Below the pieces are notes generated by a model. That model had not been told where the DNA came from. It did no database searches and saw only the letters and a program-made list of their open reading frames with translations. 64,000 nt of DNA, from the NCBI GenBank assembly GCA_010093815.1, contig ML996573.1; one strand, given 5' to 3'. Position 1 is the first letter of the stretch; each line of letters opens with the position of its first letter. This DNA comes from Pseudovirgaria hyperparasitica (Eukaryota). Shown here piece by piece: positions 38,304 through 49,398 of the stretch. The position numbers and the translations under genes are program-made.

Positions 38304-40550
38304 ATGCCTCTTCCACAGATCACTGCCCCAACCAAAGGAGACATCACGGAAACCCACGAACACCACCTGGAAAGCTGGTTTGCTCAAATCGCTGACTATC
38401 GCAAGTCGGTCCGCTCGTCCATCGACTCGCAAGCAGCTTCGTATGCTCAGCCTGAGTCTGTCCATACAAAGGAAGGACCGTATACATACCAGCCGCTTAA
38501 CCAGCACGTGGACGAAATTCGTCTCGTTCGCATACTCCCAAATATTGACCGCAGCAGACCTTTACAGTGTGAAATTCATCATAGACCGCTCCAAAGCTCT
38601 GAACATTTTGCGCTCTCGTACTGCTGGGGCAAGGGACCGCCAACGAACGCCATCATTCTTGATGGCCATCGCTTCTCCGTATCTGACAACCTTTATTCGG
38701 CAATGCTGGAGCTTCGTCATCCAGAACAGGCCATAAATGTGTGGATCGACGCCATTTGCATGAATCAAGACGATTTGGAAGAGAGAAGCAGAGAAGTACT
38801 ACGGATGCGCAGCATTTATGCCGCAGCTCAGCTGGTTGTCATCTGGCTAGGGCAGGAAGAGTTTGACACCAAACGGGCCTTTGATCATTTAAAGGCACTT
38901 TCAAAACGACATAGGTATATCAAGTCTATGCCTCCAGTCACATGGACCAGTCTTGCAATAAGAATGGCGCGACTTCCTCTCACTCTAGCATATGCCTCGT
39001 GCCATGTCGCAGCAGAGTCTCCTCTCGCTGCTGGTTTCGCGTTATACTACACCTTCTCACTGCTGACCGAAGCTTCTTCCAACTGGACAGGGACTAGGAT
39101 ATTCCAATGGCTCGTCAGACTAGGTTCCATTGTCGCGTTATACAAGATCTTGAGGAGGTGGATAACAACGACACTCGCAGAAGACGATCGCATCCCAAAA
39201 GTCGACGTGTCCATCAACGACATCGCTGCTCTACGAGACTTCTTCGAATGCGCATGGTTCGACCGGACATGGATTATTCAAGAGCTGGCCGTTGCCCGAC
39301 GAGCAAGATTCGTCCGCGGCACCCAGGGCATAGACAGCGAATCCATCACAAGCGCATGCGCCGAGATACGACGCAACATAGCAAATAGCAGAGATAGTCC
39401 TTACATGCACACCAAGTATCAACGCTTCACCCACCTTGGCCGCTTTCAAGACATCCGGCACCACGAACACGGACCAATCTTCCAACGCTGGGGTCGATAC
39501 CAACAAAGCTTGTTGTATCTGCTCAGCGCCTTCTCGCCCATGGACTCAACCGACCCTCGCGACAAGGTATACGGCCTCCTAGGCCTATCCCAAGAAGACC
39601 GTCCCGGCACTCCAAACCCTACCCGCGTCGTCCCAGACTACACACGTCCCGTCGTCGACATCTACACCGACGTCGCCCGCTCCCTCATCCAGCGCACCCA
39701 CACCCTCGACATCCTCTCCGCCTGTCTCGGCTCCGGCAGCGTCTCCGGCCTCCCATCTTGGGTCCCAGACTGGACAGCCCCAATCCACCGTCCCATCCAC
39801 GTCCTGAACCAAAACTCCCCTCCCTACACCATCCCACTCCACACCCCACCCTACTCCTTCCCCAGCCCAACCCGCCTCCTCGTCCAAGGCTTCGTCCTCG
39901 GCACAATCTCCAAAGAACACACCGCCCTCCGCGCCCTCCAACTCCCCTCACCCTACACCCCCCACCTTCCCCCCATCACCACCCTCACCACAAACACCCT
40001 CTTCTTCCTCCTCCTCCACTACACCTCCCGTCTCCTCCCCTACATCGCCCTCCTCCCCGGCCTCACCTCACTACTCCGCCGCGCCGCCACCGCCGCCACC
40101 CCACTCGGCCTCGCCCACCTCTTCACATTCGCCTCCGACGTCCACGCCAGCCTCCTCGACAGCGGCACAGAATACATCTTCCCCAAATCATGGGCCGCTC
40201 TACAGGCTACATACACCGCCCCGCTGCACCCGCACCACACACTCGTGAGTAGAGGCTTCGCCGTAGATGTTGCGTCTGGTCTGAGCGTAGTGCCCGGGCT
40301 ATGTACGAGCTATGCGGCTGATGTCTCAGCGGGCGATTTGCTGGTCATGTTGCTTGGTGCGAAACAGCCGTGTATTGTGCGGGAGGTGGAGATGGGGTCT
40401 GATGCTGGGGGTGGTGATTGGGGGCGTTGTTATGTGTTTGTTGGGCCGGCTGAGTGTGGGGGTTTCTGGATGCATGCCGTTGCGTGGAGGAAGGTCCGGG
40501 AGGCCTTTGCGCTGGGTCGGATCCGGGTGCTTGACTTTGAGTTGTGTTGA
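38304..40550 (+). CDS. HET-domain (heterokaryon incompatibility, HET-6-like) protein, intronless
   Basis: HET blocks FALSYCWG, VSDNLYSAM, WIDAICMNQDDLEERSREVLRMRSIY..VVIWLG and WFDRTWIIQEL; downstream TDPRDKVYGLLGL and LPSWVPDW. Confidence 0.92.
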   Translation: MPLPQITAPTKGDITETHEHHLESWFAQIADYRKSVRSSIDSQAASYAQPESVHTKEGPYTYQPLNQHVDEIRLVRILPNIDRSRPLQCEIHHRPLQSSEHFALSYCWGKGPPTNAIILDGHRFSVSDNLYSAMLELRHPEQAINVWIDAICMNQDDLEERSREVLRMRSIYAAAQLVVIWLGQEEFDTKRAFDHLKALSKRHRYIKSMPPVTWTSLAIRMARLPLTLAYASCHVAAESPLAAGFALYYTFSLLTEASSNWTGTRIFQWLVRLGSIVALYKILRRWITTTLAEDDRIPKVDVSINDIAALRDFFECAWFDRTWIIQELAVARRARFVRGTQGIDSESITSACAEIRRNIANSRDSPYMHTKYQRFTHLGRFQDIRHHEHGPIFQRWGRYQQSLLYLLSAFSPMDSTDPRDKVYGLLGLSQEDRPGTPNPTRVVPDYTRPVVDIYTDVARSLIQRTHTLDILSACLGSGSVSGLPSWVPDWTAPIHRPIHVLNQNSPPYTIPLHTPPYSFPSPTRLLVQGFVLGTISKEHTALRALQLPSPYTPHLPPITTLTTNTLFFLLLHYTSRLLPYIALLPGLTSLLRRAATAATPLGLAHLFTFASDVHASLLDSGTEYIFPKSWAALQATYTAPLHPHHTLVSRGFAVDVASGLSVVPGLCTSYAADVSAGDLLVMLLGAKQPCIVREVEMGSDAGGGDWGRCYVFVGPAECGGFWMHAVAWRKVREAFALGRIRVLDFELC

Positions 40551-41067
40551 GGGTGAGTATAGGTAGGTGTGTGCGTTAGGTAGGGTGGGTAGATGGAGGG
40601 CGGCACAAGACGCATTCGACGACGAGACGAGAGGGCCTCCTCAGCTCAGTCCAGCTCAGCTCAATCTCAATCCAGCTCATACTCAATAATCAATTGGATC
40701 TATCTAGATCAACGCATCGCATGATCTAGAACCTTCCGTCCTGCTCTATCCGACCATATGACTAACCAACTATCTCATAATCCCAGCCCCTGAAATCGAC
40801 GTGTCTATCTATCTATCCATCAATAACCCGCATCCATTAAACCGCCAACCAAAAAAAAGCAGCATTCATGCGCAGTGCATAATGTGTGGATCACACTCGT
40901 GCTAGTCACGAAATAGATCGACCTAGATAAAGTTTCAGTACGACAATACTCATGGGGGGAAAAGAAACGATACTCGCTCCCAAACCAAGAATCCCGCAGC
41001 AGCGCCCATATGTCTAAACGCACTCCACGTCTTTTCCCATTACGCACTCCTTACTTTCCCTCTCGTC

Positions 41068-43362
41068 CTACAGTCCCTCGTCACTATCCTCTTCTTCCGC
41101 ATGGCCTCCAAACTCCACCTCGAACCTCCCCGGCTCACTCGTGACGTGCCCAAACACCTCCCTAGCCCACCCATGTAGCATAAACCCCCACGCACTCTTT
41201 CCCTCGCTCACGAGCGCGTTACCTGCGTGCACAAAGGCAATCACAATGGAGCGGGCGCAGCCAAACGGCACGATGGCGTGGGTCCGGTCCAGTGTCGGAA
41301 AGGTCGTCGGAGGCGAAGACGGCGGCGAGGGAAACCCGAAATCCAGTGGGGGCGATGAAGCAGGCGTTTCCGGTGGCGGAAAATCAATACCCCATCCAAA
41401 GTTCCGCAGTACTGACAGCGCTGCGAATGTCATGAGCATTGTGGATGAAGGAGACGTCGGGTGTGACGCAGCTTCGTGCATGAGGGTCCGCGCCAGGAAT
41501 GCGGGTGCGAGGCGAGGATACGTTGTTTGCCTTTCGCGTGGATATGTGTCCTCGAGCTCATGGATGCTTGTCTTGACATCCTCCATGTTCAACCTCCCTT
41601 TGGTCTCCGCATGTTCGTACCTGTCCAGTACTGCCGTCCTCATTTCCAGTACGTCCTCGCACACCGCACTCTCACGCATGCACAGTTCGCAAATACACTT
41701 GAACCCCCACGTCTTAGCCAGCCTCTCGCGACGCACTGACACGTCTGGATCCAGTACGCAGTAGGAAATAGTGATCTGTTCGCCCGGTGCGATATCCCGG
41801 ATGGCGCGAAGCATGATCGCGTTACCAACAAAGGAAACTGTAGCGTTGGGCGCACACGCATGGTTCGCATAACTAGCCTGTGGCCACACCCCGACGATCA
41901 GGCCCTTTGCGGTCTGTGCATCAGGGTCAATAAAATGTTCTCCAGACGGCGTGCCGCCGTTCTTGAGCACGATATTGTGGATGAGGAAGGTGTCGAGCAC
42001 CGGGTGTCCGTCAACGCGGTGAGTAGGTGCACATGCGGGTGCGTAGGATCCGGCGTAGAGATTGAGAAATTTCGTGGCCAGACAGGGGTTCTTTCTCAGT
42101 GTCTGGACGATGCTGATAAAGAGCGGTGGGCCATCGGATTCAGTCCAGGTCCTGGACTGTAGGTCCATAAGCACATGGCCGGCGGAGGCGGCGCTGGGGC
42201 TGGAGGTCGCGATTGGATTGTCGAGAAGGATGAGGCCACCTGGAGCGAAGGCTTGAACGGCGATAAGACCTCGACCAGCTCCTTCGACAGGACGCCCTGT
42301 GACGGCAGAGTGATATTGGGCGGGACAATAGGAAGGGTTGGCGAAGAGGTAGGCAAAGTCGTATATCCCGGAAGACTCGCGGAGATGCGTCAAAACGACT
42401 GATAGAAAGTGACGAGCAGATTCGTTGGTAGGATAGGAGGTAAGAAGTGTTTCAAGTTGCGCGCGAGACTTCATATATTGGCCAAGGACCAGGTAGGCTT
42501 TCGCGGAACGGAACAGAGCTTTTTCATCAACGGCAGAGTGCCCAAGGACGGAGAAACAGTCACGAAGGGCGTTTTCGTAATAGCCAGCGGAGAGGTAGGC
42601 TTGAGCTCGATTACGGTGTAGGTCGAGTGTGGTCGGAAGGAAGCTTGAGCGTCTAAAAGAGAGACCGTTTGTGTAGGCCCGTATTGCACCAGCATAGTCT
42701 CTATCTTTCATGGCCTCGTTTCCGATCATCTTCCACGTATCTGCATCGTCACGCACCGGCTTTCGTAGACCTTGAGGTATGCTGCTGTGTTTAGGGGGTA
42801 GTAGAAGCAGGTCTGAGACGTGATCTATCCTGATCATAGGCAGTTGGCCACAAGAGATCTCGTAATACGGATGCTTTATTGCGACATAGTCCCACCTTCG
42901 AAGGTATTGATTCGCTTCGATCGAAATGTCTTGATGCATAAGCATAAAGTGATGAGCATCGCCTGCGCTGTCTTCTATCACAGTAATAAGATTGGATCCA
43001 GTGAAAGTGGGATCACAGGCGATCCTGCCTAGAAGGACGCGTCCCTCGTTGTGGTCTTCGGCCTTGAGAGATTTGATTCCGATTGAGGTGAGTTCGGAGA
43101 GCGGCTTTGTGCAGGGATAGTAATGTTTGTGTATGATATATGGACGAAAACTGAACTTGTCGATATCTTGAGCCGGACCAGAGATGATGCTCGCAGCCTT
43201 TTCATCCTTGTATGCTTCAAACTCCTCGATCACTCTCTTTCTATCTTGACGAATCAACTTCTGTCCTTGTAGCTCTTCGGAGCGCCTGGCAGCCAAAAGC
43301 TCTTCCTGAAGCTTCTCTTCACATTGTGCGACGAAAGACGAGTGTAAAAGCCTCGGTGGCAT
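41068..43362 (-). CDS. TPR + SET domain protein (SMYD-like lysine methyltransferase)
   Basis: Three TPRs (WKMIGNEAM..AIRAYT, HRNRAQAYL..ALRDC, EKALFRSAKA); SET motifs GRGLIA, ANHACAPN and EQITISY; post-SET FKCICELC. Confidence 0.88.
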   Translation of the reverse strand: MPPRLLHSSFVAQCEEKLQEELLAARRSEELQGQKLIRQDRKRVIEEFEAYKDEKAASIISGPAQDIDKFSFRPYIIHKHYYPCTKPLSELTSIGIKSLKAEDHNEGRVLLGRIACDPTFTGSNLITVIEDSAGDAHHFMLMHQDISIEANQYLRRWDYVAIKHPYYEISCGQLPMIRIDHVSDLLLLPPKHSSIPQGLRKPVRDDADTWKMIGNEAMKDRDYAGAIRAYTNGLSFRRSSFLPTTLDLHRNRAQAYLSAGYYENALRDCFSVLGHSAVDEKALFRSAKAYLVLGQYMKSRAQLETLLTSYPTNESARHFLSVVLTHLRESSGIYDFAYLFANPSYCPAQYHSAVTGRPVEGAGRGLIAVQAFAPGGLILLDNPIATSSPSAASAGHVLMDLQSRTWTESDGPPLFISIVQTLRKNPCLATKFLNLYAGSYAPACAPTHRVDGHPVLDTFLIHNIVLKNGGTPSGEHFIDPDAQTAKGLIVGVWPQASYANHACAPNATVSFVGNAIMLRAIRDIAPGEQITISYCVLDPDVSVRRERLAKTWGFKCICELCMRESAVCEDVLEMRTAVLDRYEHAETKGRLNMEDVKTSIHELEDTYPRERQTTYPRLAPAFLARTLMHEAASHPTSPSSTMLMTFAALSVLRNFGWGIDFPPPETPASSPPLDFGFPSPPSSPPTTFPTLDRTHAIVPFGCARSIVIAFVHAGNALVSEGKSAWGFMLHGWAREVFGHVTSEPGRFEVEFGGHAEEEDSDEGL

Positions 43363-43864
43363 TATTGTTGGAATAAGGCGTCGAAGGGTGATGAATGAAC
43401 GATGACTGAGATTGCGAGACGACCGTAAACAGGGCTGAAGCGCGGATGGCGACCAGCTCAGGTGAGATCAAGCTTATGGAAAGGGGAAGTCCGTCGATAT
43501 TGCGTTCAGCATGTGAATATGAAGACTCAAAGGCCCATGCCTGAAGATAATAGTCTTGAGCGAGACCGTTCGGTGGGAATAAAGGAAGAAAGAAAGGAAA
43601 GGTGCAGCAGGACTCAAACATACCTGTGTATTTGTATTCTGACTCGGTGTTGAGCATAAATTATTGCAGGTAGTGTTCACTTGCTGAAGCGTCGCAACAC
43701 AGGCTATTGATATCTTTGTTTCTTATATGCGTGGTTTCAAGGGTCGAATATACAGCGATATGACACGTAAGGTGAGCACGCATACTTGGGTCAAGTCATC
43801 AAGTCAAGTTCATGGTGATAGGCATTTATTGTCGGTCATACCTAAGGTATCCGTACCTTCCAAA

Positions 43865-45016
43865 TTAGCAAACATCCTCAACTTCAACTTCACCGCCATC
43901 CCGTGGTCCCAGGTCAGAACGTAAGGCTCGGTTGAACAACTCGCGCAGCATCTCAAAACAAATGCCTGAGATGGCTGGATCGTATCGTCCTTTGCTCAGC
44001 TCATCGCGGATGAACGCATCTGATCGGGGTCAGTGAAAGTCTAGGAGCTCATCAAACAATGTAAACTTACGCTGTGCCCAAGCAATCTCGTAGAAGCTAA
44101 AATTCACTCCTTTGTCGTGAAGTGTTTTCCGGATCAAATCACGACCCGCAGGCGGAACGTGGTTGTCCATCTTCCCGAATATCTGTGTTTCGCCGATCAA
44201 CCAACCTTGAAATGCAGAACATTCAGAGCAGAAGGGGCTTGGGTTCATACCATGACAAGTTCACCCTTGATATCCCCCGCTCTCTCCAAGCTGTCGTCGT
44301 TCTTGCCTTCTCCCAGACTATGCGAGTGAATATCCGTGGCGAAATAACACACAGCGGCACTGACTCTTCTGTCAAGCGCACAACGATACGCTAGATGGCC
44401 ACCCAGACACATCCCTGTAGCTCCAATCTTATGTGGAATCAGAGTCCGGTACTTTTTGGTTAAGTAGAATACATACCTTGCCTGTACACGTCGGTAGAGA
44501 TAAGAGAGCATCAACAGAGAGTGTAGCATCCTCATCGTAGGCTGATACCTTCTTGGTAATCTTCCATTCGTTGCCTTTGTCAGTGCCGGGCCCATCGTAA
44601 GCCAAAGCTTCAGGGCCAGTGAACTCGTGGTATGATGAAGGAGCAGCGACAATGTAGCCCTGTGAAGCGATTTGACGAGCGAAGCGCTGAACAGGACCGG
44701 TAACTATCACCCATTCATGTCAACATGCAGAGGTTCAAAGAACGGGAGAGTAGGGTGCATGGCTTCTGTAAAAGGCCTTTTACGTCCTTCTTAGTCGTTC
44801 TTAATCCAAACGTACCTTGATATATCTCACTAAACACGACTACACCCGGGAATTTTGCCTTCGGGTAGTTTGCAATCGTGGGATGAAATATGTATATACC
44901 TATGGTCATATTAATTAGGATTGTAATGCGGAACAGGATCTATGGGCGTGTATCATCATACGCATGTCGCCGCCAGCCTTTGTGGCGACATCTTTGTGAG
45001 TCTCCTGTATGAGCAT
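43865..45016 (-). CDS. Dienelactone hydrolase family protein; about 5 introns
   Basis: Spliced GVVVFSEIYQVTGPV, nucleophile motif GATGMCLGG, DNHVP and AQHAFIRDELSKGRYDP. Confidence 0.9.
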
Positions 45017-45668
45017 TGTAGTGTGCAGAGACGAATGTCTATAGAAATACGATAAATGTCCAGATCCCTCTTGTACGGGACAATGTTTTGTCAAAAGCTC
45101 AGCTCAGCTCACTATGTATGTAAGTTTTGAATTGCTGCATGCGGTATGATGAGGGAAAAGGTGGGGGGGTTTTTAGGATGCGTGCCCCACATTTGAACGA
45201 AAGCATCAAGTAGACCGAGTAAAGGGAAACATTTTTATTGTCGAGAAGATCTCAAAAGAATATAGCACACTAAGCTACGCCGATAGATCGCCTAAGCATA
45301 GACTCGCATGCTACGAGCTTGAGTCGGCCAGCTCCTTATATCAAAGATTTTGTGCACCGCGTAAGCTATGCATTTTACGTCTTCCATTCGTCTCTTCCCT
45401 ATCATTTGGAACAGTACCACCCTCAACTTAGCTGTGCTACATACATAAAGCTAATAGACCTATGGTATATCTCGAGATCACTGGGTAGGTGCAATTATCA
45501 GGTCATCGGCAGGGCATATATCCAGTCCGTGGAGCACGTCAACGCGCAAAAGCTCACTTTTCCACCATGATAGATCTTTTTTGGTGTTTGGGGTTGGCCG
45601 TCCCTGAGCAGGAGAGCCTGGCCTGCTCTTAATTTTCTTTTAGCAGATAATGCTGTTGTTCTGGCTCC

Positions 45669-48415
45669 TCAGGACTTGATTTGTTGGTAGAACAAGATGT
45701 ATGCAACCTTGTTGTCCTTGTATCCGCTCTTGTCCTTTGGAGTGTGCTTCCCGGTGGTGCTCGGCGTGGCAGTACCATTGGCTACGCCGGTCCACTTGCG
45801 TCCGGGTTGGGCGTTGGCATCCTTCCATCCTCCCTCTTCTGCCCGTTCCTGCTCCTCACCAAGACCCTCAAAAAGGTTGCGATGCCTGCTTTGGTCGCGC
45901 TTGTGCTGTTCCAAGGCCGTAGCAAGGAGCTTGGGGTCTTCTTCGCTCCCTCCTTCCGCGACATCGTCGCTTCTGATACGTCGGATGATGGTGTCGTCAA
46001 TGCGAATCCATTCTCGTCCTTCTTGGCGGCGTACGTCGACGGTGTAATGACCTCCACTGGCATTCTTTCCGTGGTGATAGACTACACTGATCAAACGATA
46101 CTTTGGAGGACCGCCATGCGCTGCAAGCCCAGCACGCTTGCTGGGTGGGAACACTTCTTTGGGAACCTCAAGCTCCAGGGGATATCCGACCTTTTTCCAG
46201 ATCTTTTGCGTACCCCCGGCATTGTCGTACTGGAAGCGCTTTAAGTGAAGGATGAGCACCGGTGGCAGGCTGTCGATAAAGACTTGTTTGGTAGCCGACT
46301 TTCCTGGTCCGCGTGGAGAACTGAAATCACCGTGCAGTGTTTCCGGTTGAGTCAGGCTCCTCAAAGCATCGACGATGTTGCCAACATGAGGAGCCCCAAT
46401 GTCAAGCTGGAGCGGCTGATATGGCTCGAGAGTAACAGATGTTTTGGCACCTGGGACTCGGAGCTCTGAACGGAGTTTACCTCCAAATATTTTGGTAATG
46501 GGTGAGTCCAGATCGATGCTCCCGGAGGAGCGTGTGACTGCTGATTTCTGCTTGGGTCCGACTTCCAGCCAGCCTGCATCTGTTGAAGATGTGCTCGGAG
46601 GTGAGCTTACGTTGGTGTCCACAGCTTCGCCATTCGCGGGCAATCTCCCCATCACCTGCGCAATCTCATCGTGCAATCCAGTCAATAAGAAGCCCAGGAA
46701 CTCCTCTGCGTCCTGCTGATGTCCTCGGGGCATGTGAGCAAAGCTTGCTAGCCTTCGAATGACCTCGTATACATATTCTGGGGTGAAAGCCTCCCCGTAT
46801 TGTTCAAGTTCGGTATCTTTGAGCCGCATGCGGAGTTGTTCTACGGAAGTGGCTGAATCGATAACTTGGTATTCGCGGAGGAACATGATCCTAAACATAT
46901 TAGCCATAGTAAATATCGCAGAACAAAATACTCACATCGCGTCGATCAAAGGAGTGTCTGACTTGAAGCTGTGCGCAGCTCGCTTGCCGACCTGATCAAT
47001 GAAATCATAAAAGGGTACACAGAAAACTAAAGCTTGCAGAATCTAGTGCACGTTAGTTGCATATATCGCAAAAGGTTCACCATGCTTACAGAATTCATAT
47101 AGCACATATTGCCGGTATTCACGAGGCCGCGGGGCTCAAGAAAGGCAACTTTGTTGTCGGATTCGACGGTGTAGGCAGTGAGAACGTCAGAGATAGTGGC
47201 GTTCTTATTAATGGGAAATCCGTTCGATCCTGAAGCACCGTTCGCTGCTGCAGGCGATGCCTGAACAGCAGCTGCGGGATTCTTGAGACGTACTAGCTCA
47301 GCCCAGGATTTGGGCGCCGCAGGAGGTGAAGAAACTGTAGCTGCCTGCTCGCTCCCTACGACAGTGGATTGAGATGCAGCGAAGTCTGTCGTCGGCTCTG
47401 TAGAGCTGTCGGTAGCGTTTCCATTGACATTGGGACGGGGGGACTTTTGACTTTGTGGCACAGCAGGCCGCAAGGGTACTATTGGCACAGCAGGTATTGT
47501 TGAACTCCGGGTATGTGATTTGACAGTCGGAGTCTTGTCACTCTCGGGGGCTGTTGCCGAAGAAGGTGGCGTGGACGGAGCGATAGATTCGGTCTGTGAG
47601 ATGGTCTCGATCGAAAGCGTCTGATGTGCATCTTGCTCTGGAACCGCGTCTGTATGGACGGCATCCTGCCCCTGTGCTGGGGTAGCTGTCGAAACTATTC
47701 GCTCTCCAGAAGATAAGGAAGATATTTTGATTTGCTCTGTGATGGGCACTACGTCACGGCGCAGTCTCCTCCGTGGAGCCCGTGAAGGAAACTGTTCACC
47801 TTTATTGGAATACCATGGCAAAGGAGCCTGGAATGGCATTCTTCGCCCTTCGACAGATGGACTTGGTGTCTGTGTGTTCGGCTGCGCGGTAGACTGAGAA
47901 GGCGTTGTTACAGAACCTGAGGACGAGTCTGGAGGAGGAGGAGGCGTCGTAGCAGTTGTAGTTTCCGTCGTTGGTGTAGGTGGTGAAGCAGGCGCTTGCG
48001 ATGAGACTGAGGGAGTCTGAGGAGTTGGCGTAGCGGGTGGCGGAGGTTGAGAGGCTTGCTGAATTGTGGGCGGAGTATACGAAGGAGCGACCGGAGGAGT
48101 ACTCATCATGCCGCGATTCAAAGACGGCGAGTGTAGGTGCGGGTGACTTGAGACTACGACCGGGCCTCCATGTGGTTGTGGTTGTGGCTGATATTGTCGA
48201 GGAGGCATCGTGTACTGATGCTGTTGCTGGTATGGTGCATACCATTGCGGTTGCGCGTAAGGGTGAGGTTGTCCGAGGTAGGGCGCTGGAGGGTAGCCAG
48301 CATACATGTTCGGAGGCATGGGTGAGTGCGATTGCTGTTGATACTGGTAGTGATAGTCGCTCTGCCTCCTATGCGGATGCATGGGAATGGCAGGCGGCAT
48401 GTGAGGACCCGGCAT
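45669..48415 (-). CDS. UBP3: Ubiquitin-specific protease Ubp3/USP10-like; 2 introns
   Basis: Cys box PRGLVNTGNMCYMNS, QQDAEEFL, LPPVLILHLKRF, His box YHHGKNASGGHY and AYILFY; P/Q-rich N-terminus with PKSWAEL. Confidence 0.9.
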
Positions 48416-49398
48416 GTTGAAAGAGAATGTTGATAGTCGCCAGTCACCGCAGGCTGTCGCGAAGCCGGCGAGACGTGAGGCCACTGATATGACGATTGTC
48501 GGCGATCCGAGTCGGAATAGGTTTCACTGTCGGCTTGGAATGCTCATGTAGCAAGCAGCGTTTGGCTGGCTGTGTCGCGTGTTTGTTCAGGCTAAGCAGC
48601 GTGATGGTGAAGGGCGCGATGTTAATGGAGTCGAGTAGAAGCCCCGCGAGATAGCGTCGCAGCAGAGAGTACGCGAGGCATGGTCAGACTGCCATGCCCT
48701 TGATATGGATGAAGGATAGAAAAGAGGTGAAAAGGGCGAGAGGAAGGGCGCGATGAAAGTGAAGGTTGCGCGTTGGGAGTTTGTGGTGACGGCAGCGAAG
48801 GCACAATTCTACGGGCACGGACCACCCCCAAGATCCTCACTAACAACCGTTATGCGCAGCGCAGTAGGTAAACATTTTATTAGAGACTAGGTAGGTAATA
48901 GTCGCTTACGGAGCATTCTATCTATTCTACGCATTGGCTCTCCGCTACGGAAGAGAAGACTGGGTCACTAAAAGGTTACTTCAACGCATTTGATACGGCA
49001 CAGCATACACAATACATTCAGTACCTAGTACTGGGATGGAATAACATATTCTTCCCAAAACAAAGGATGAGCAGTTTGCTGACTTTGCTCGGTCGACAAG
49101 ACTTTCAACCAATCATGGAGATGCTTGGCGCACGGTCCTTGGTTCTGCTTATGTCATCGCGACTTCTCCCAGGTCCCCGCCGCCTCCTCGGAGCAGAGAA
49201 GCGTGAAATGAATGGATGACTCCCGAGTTGTGATGATAACCCACCTTCGGGCGGGCTCATGTAGCATATCCACACCAAGCAATTTCATTCTCTCCATCTA
49301 CTCAGTACTAGAGGCTTGCTGTTGCCTGGTGTACAGCTTCCCTCCTACTACGCGTTCGGGTCTGCACGTCATCAGGGCTTCAACGCAGAAGTACCGTC

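Noticed and set aside
39585..40252. Overlapping and antisense ORFs in HET (also 56328-56789 in PHO84 and 53144-53863 in ERG4)
   Set aside because: Shadow ORFs caused by codon bias and GC skew.
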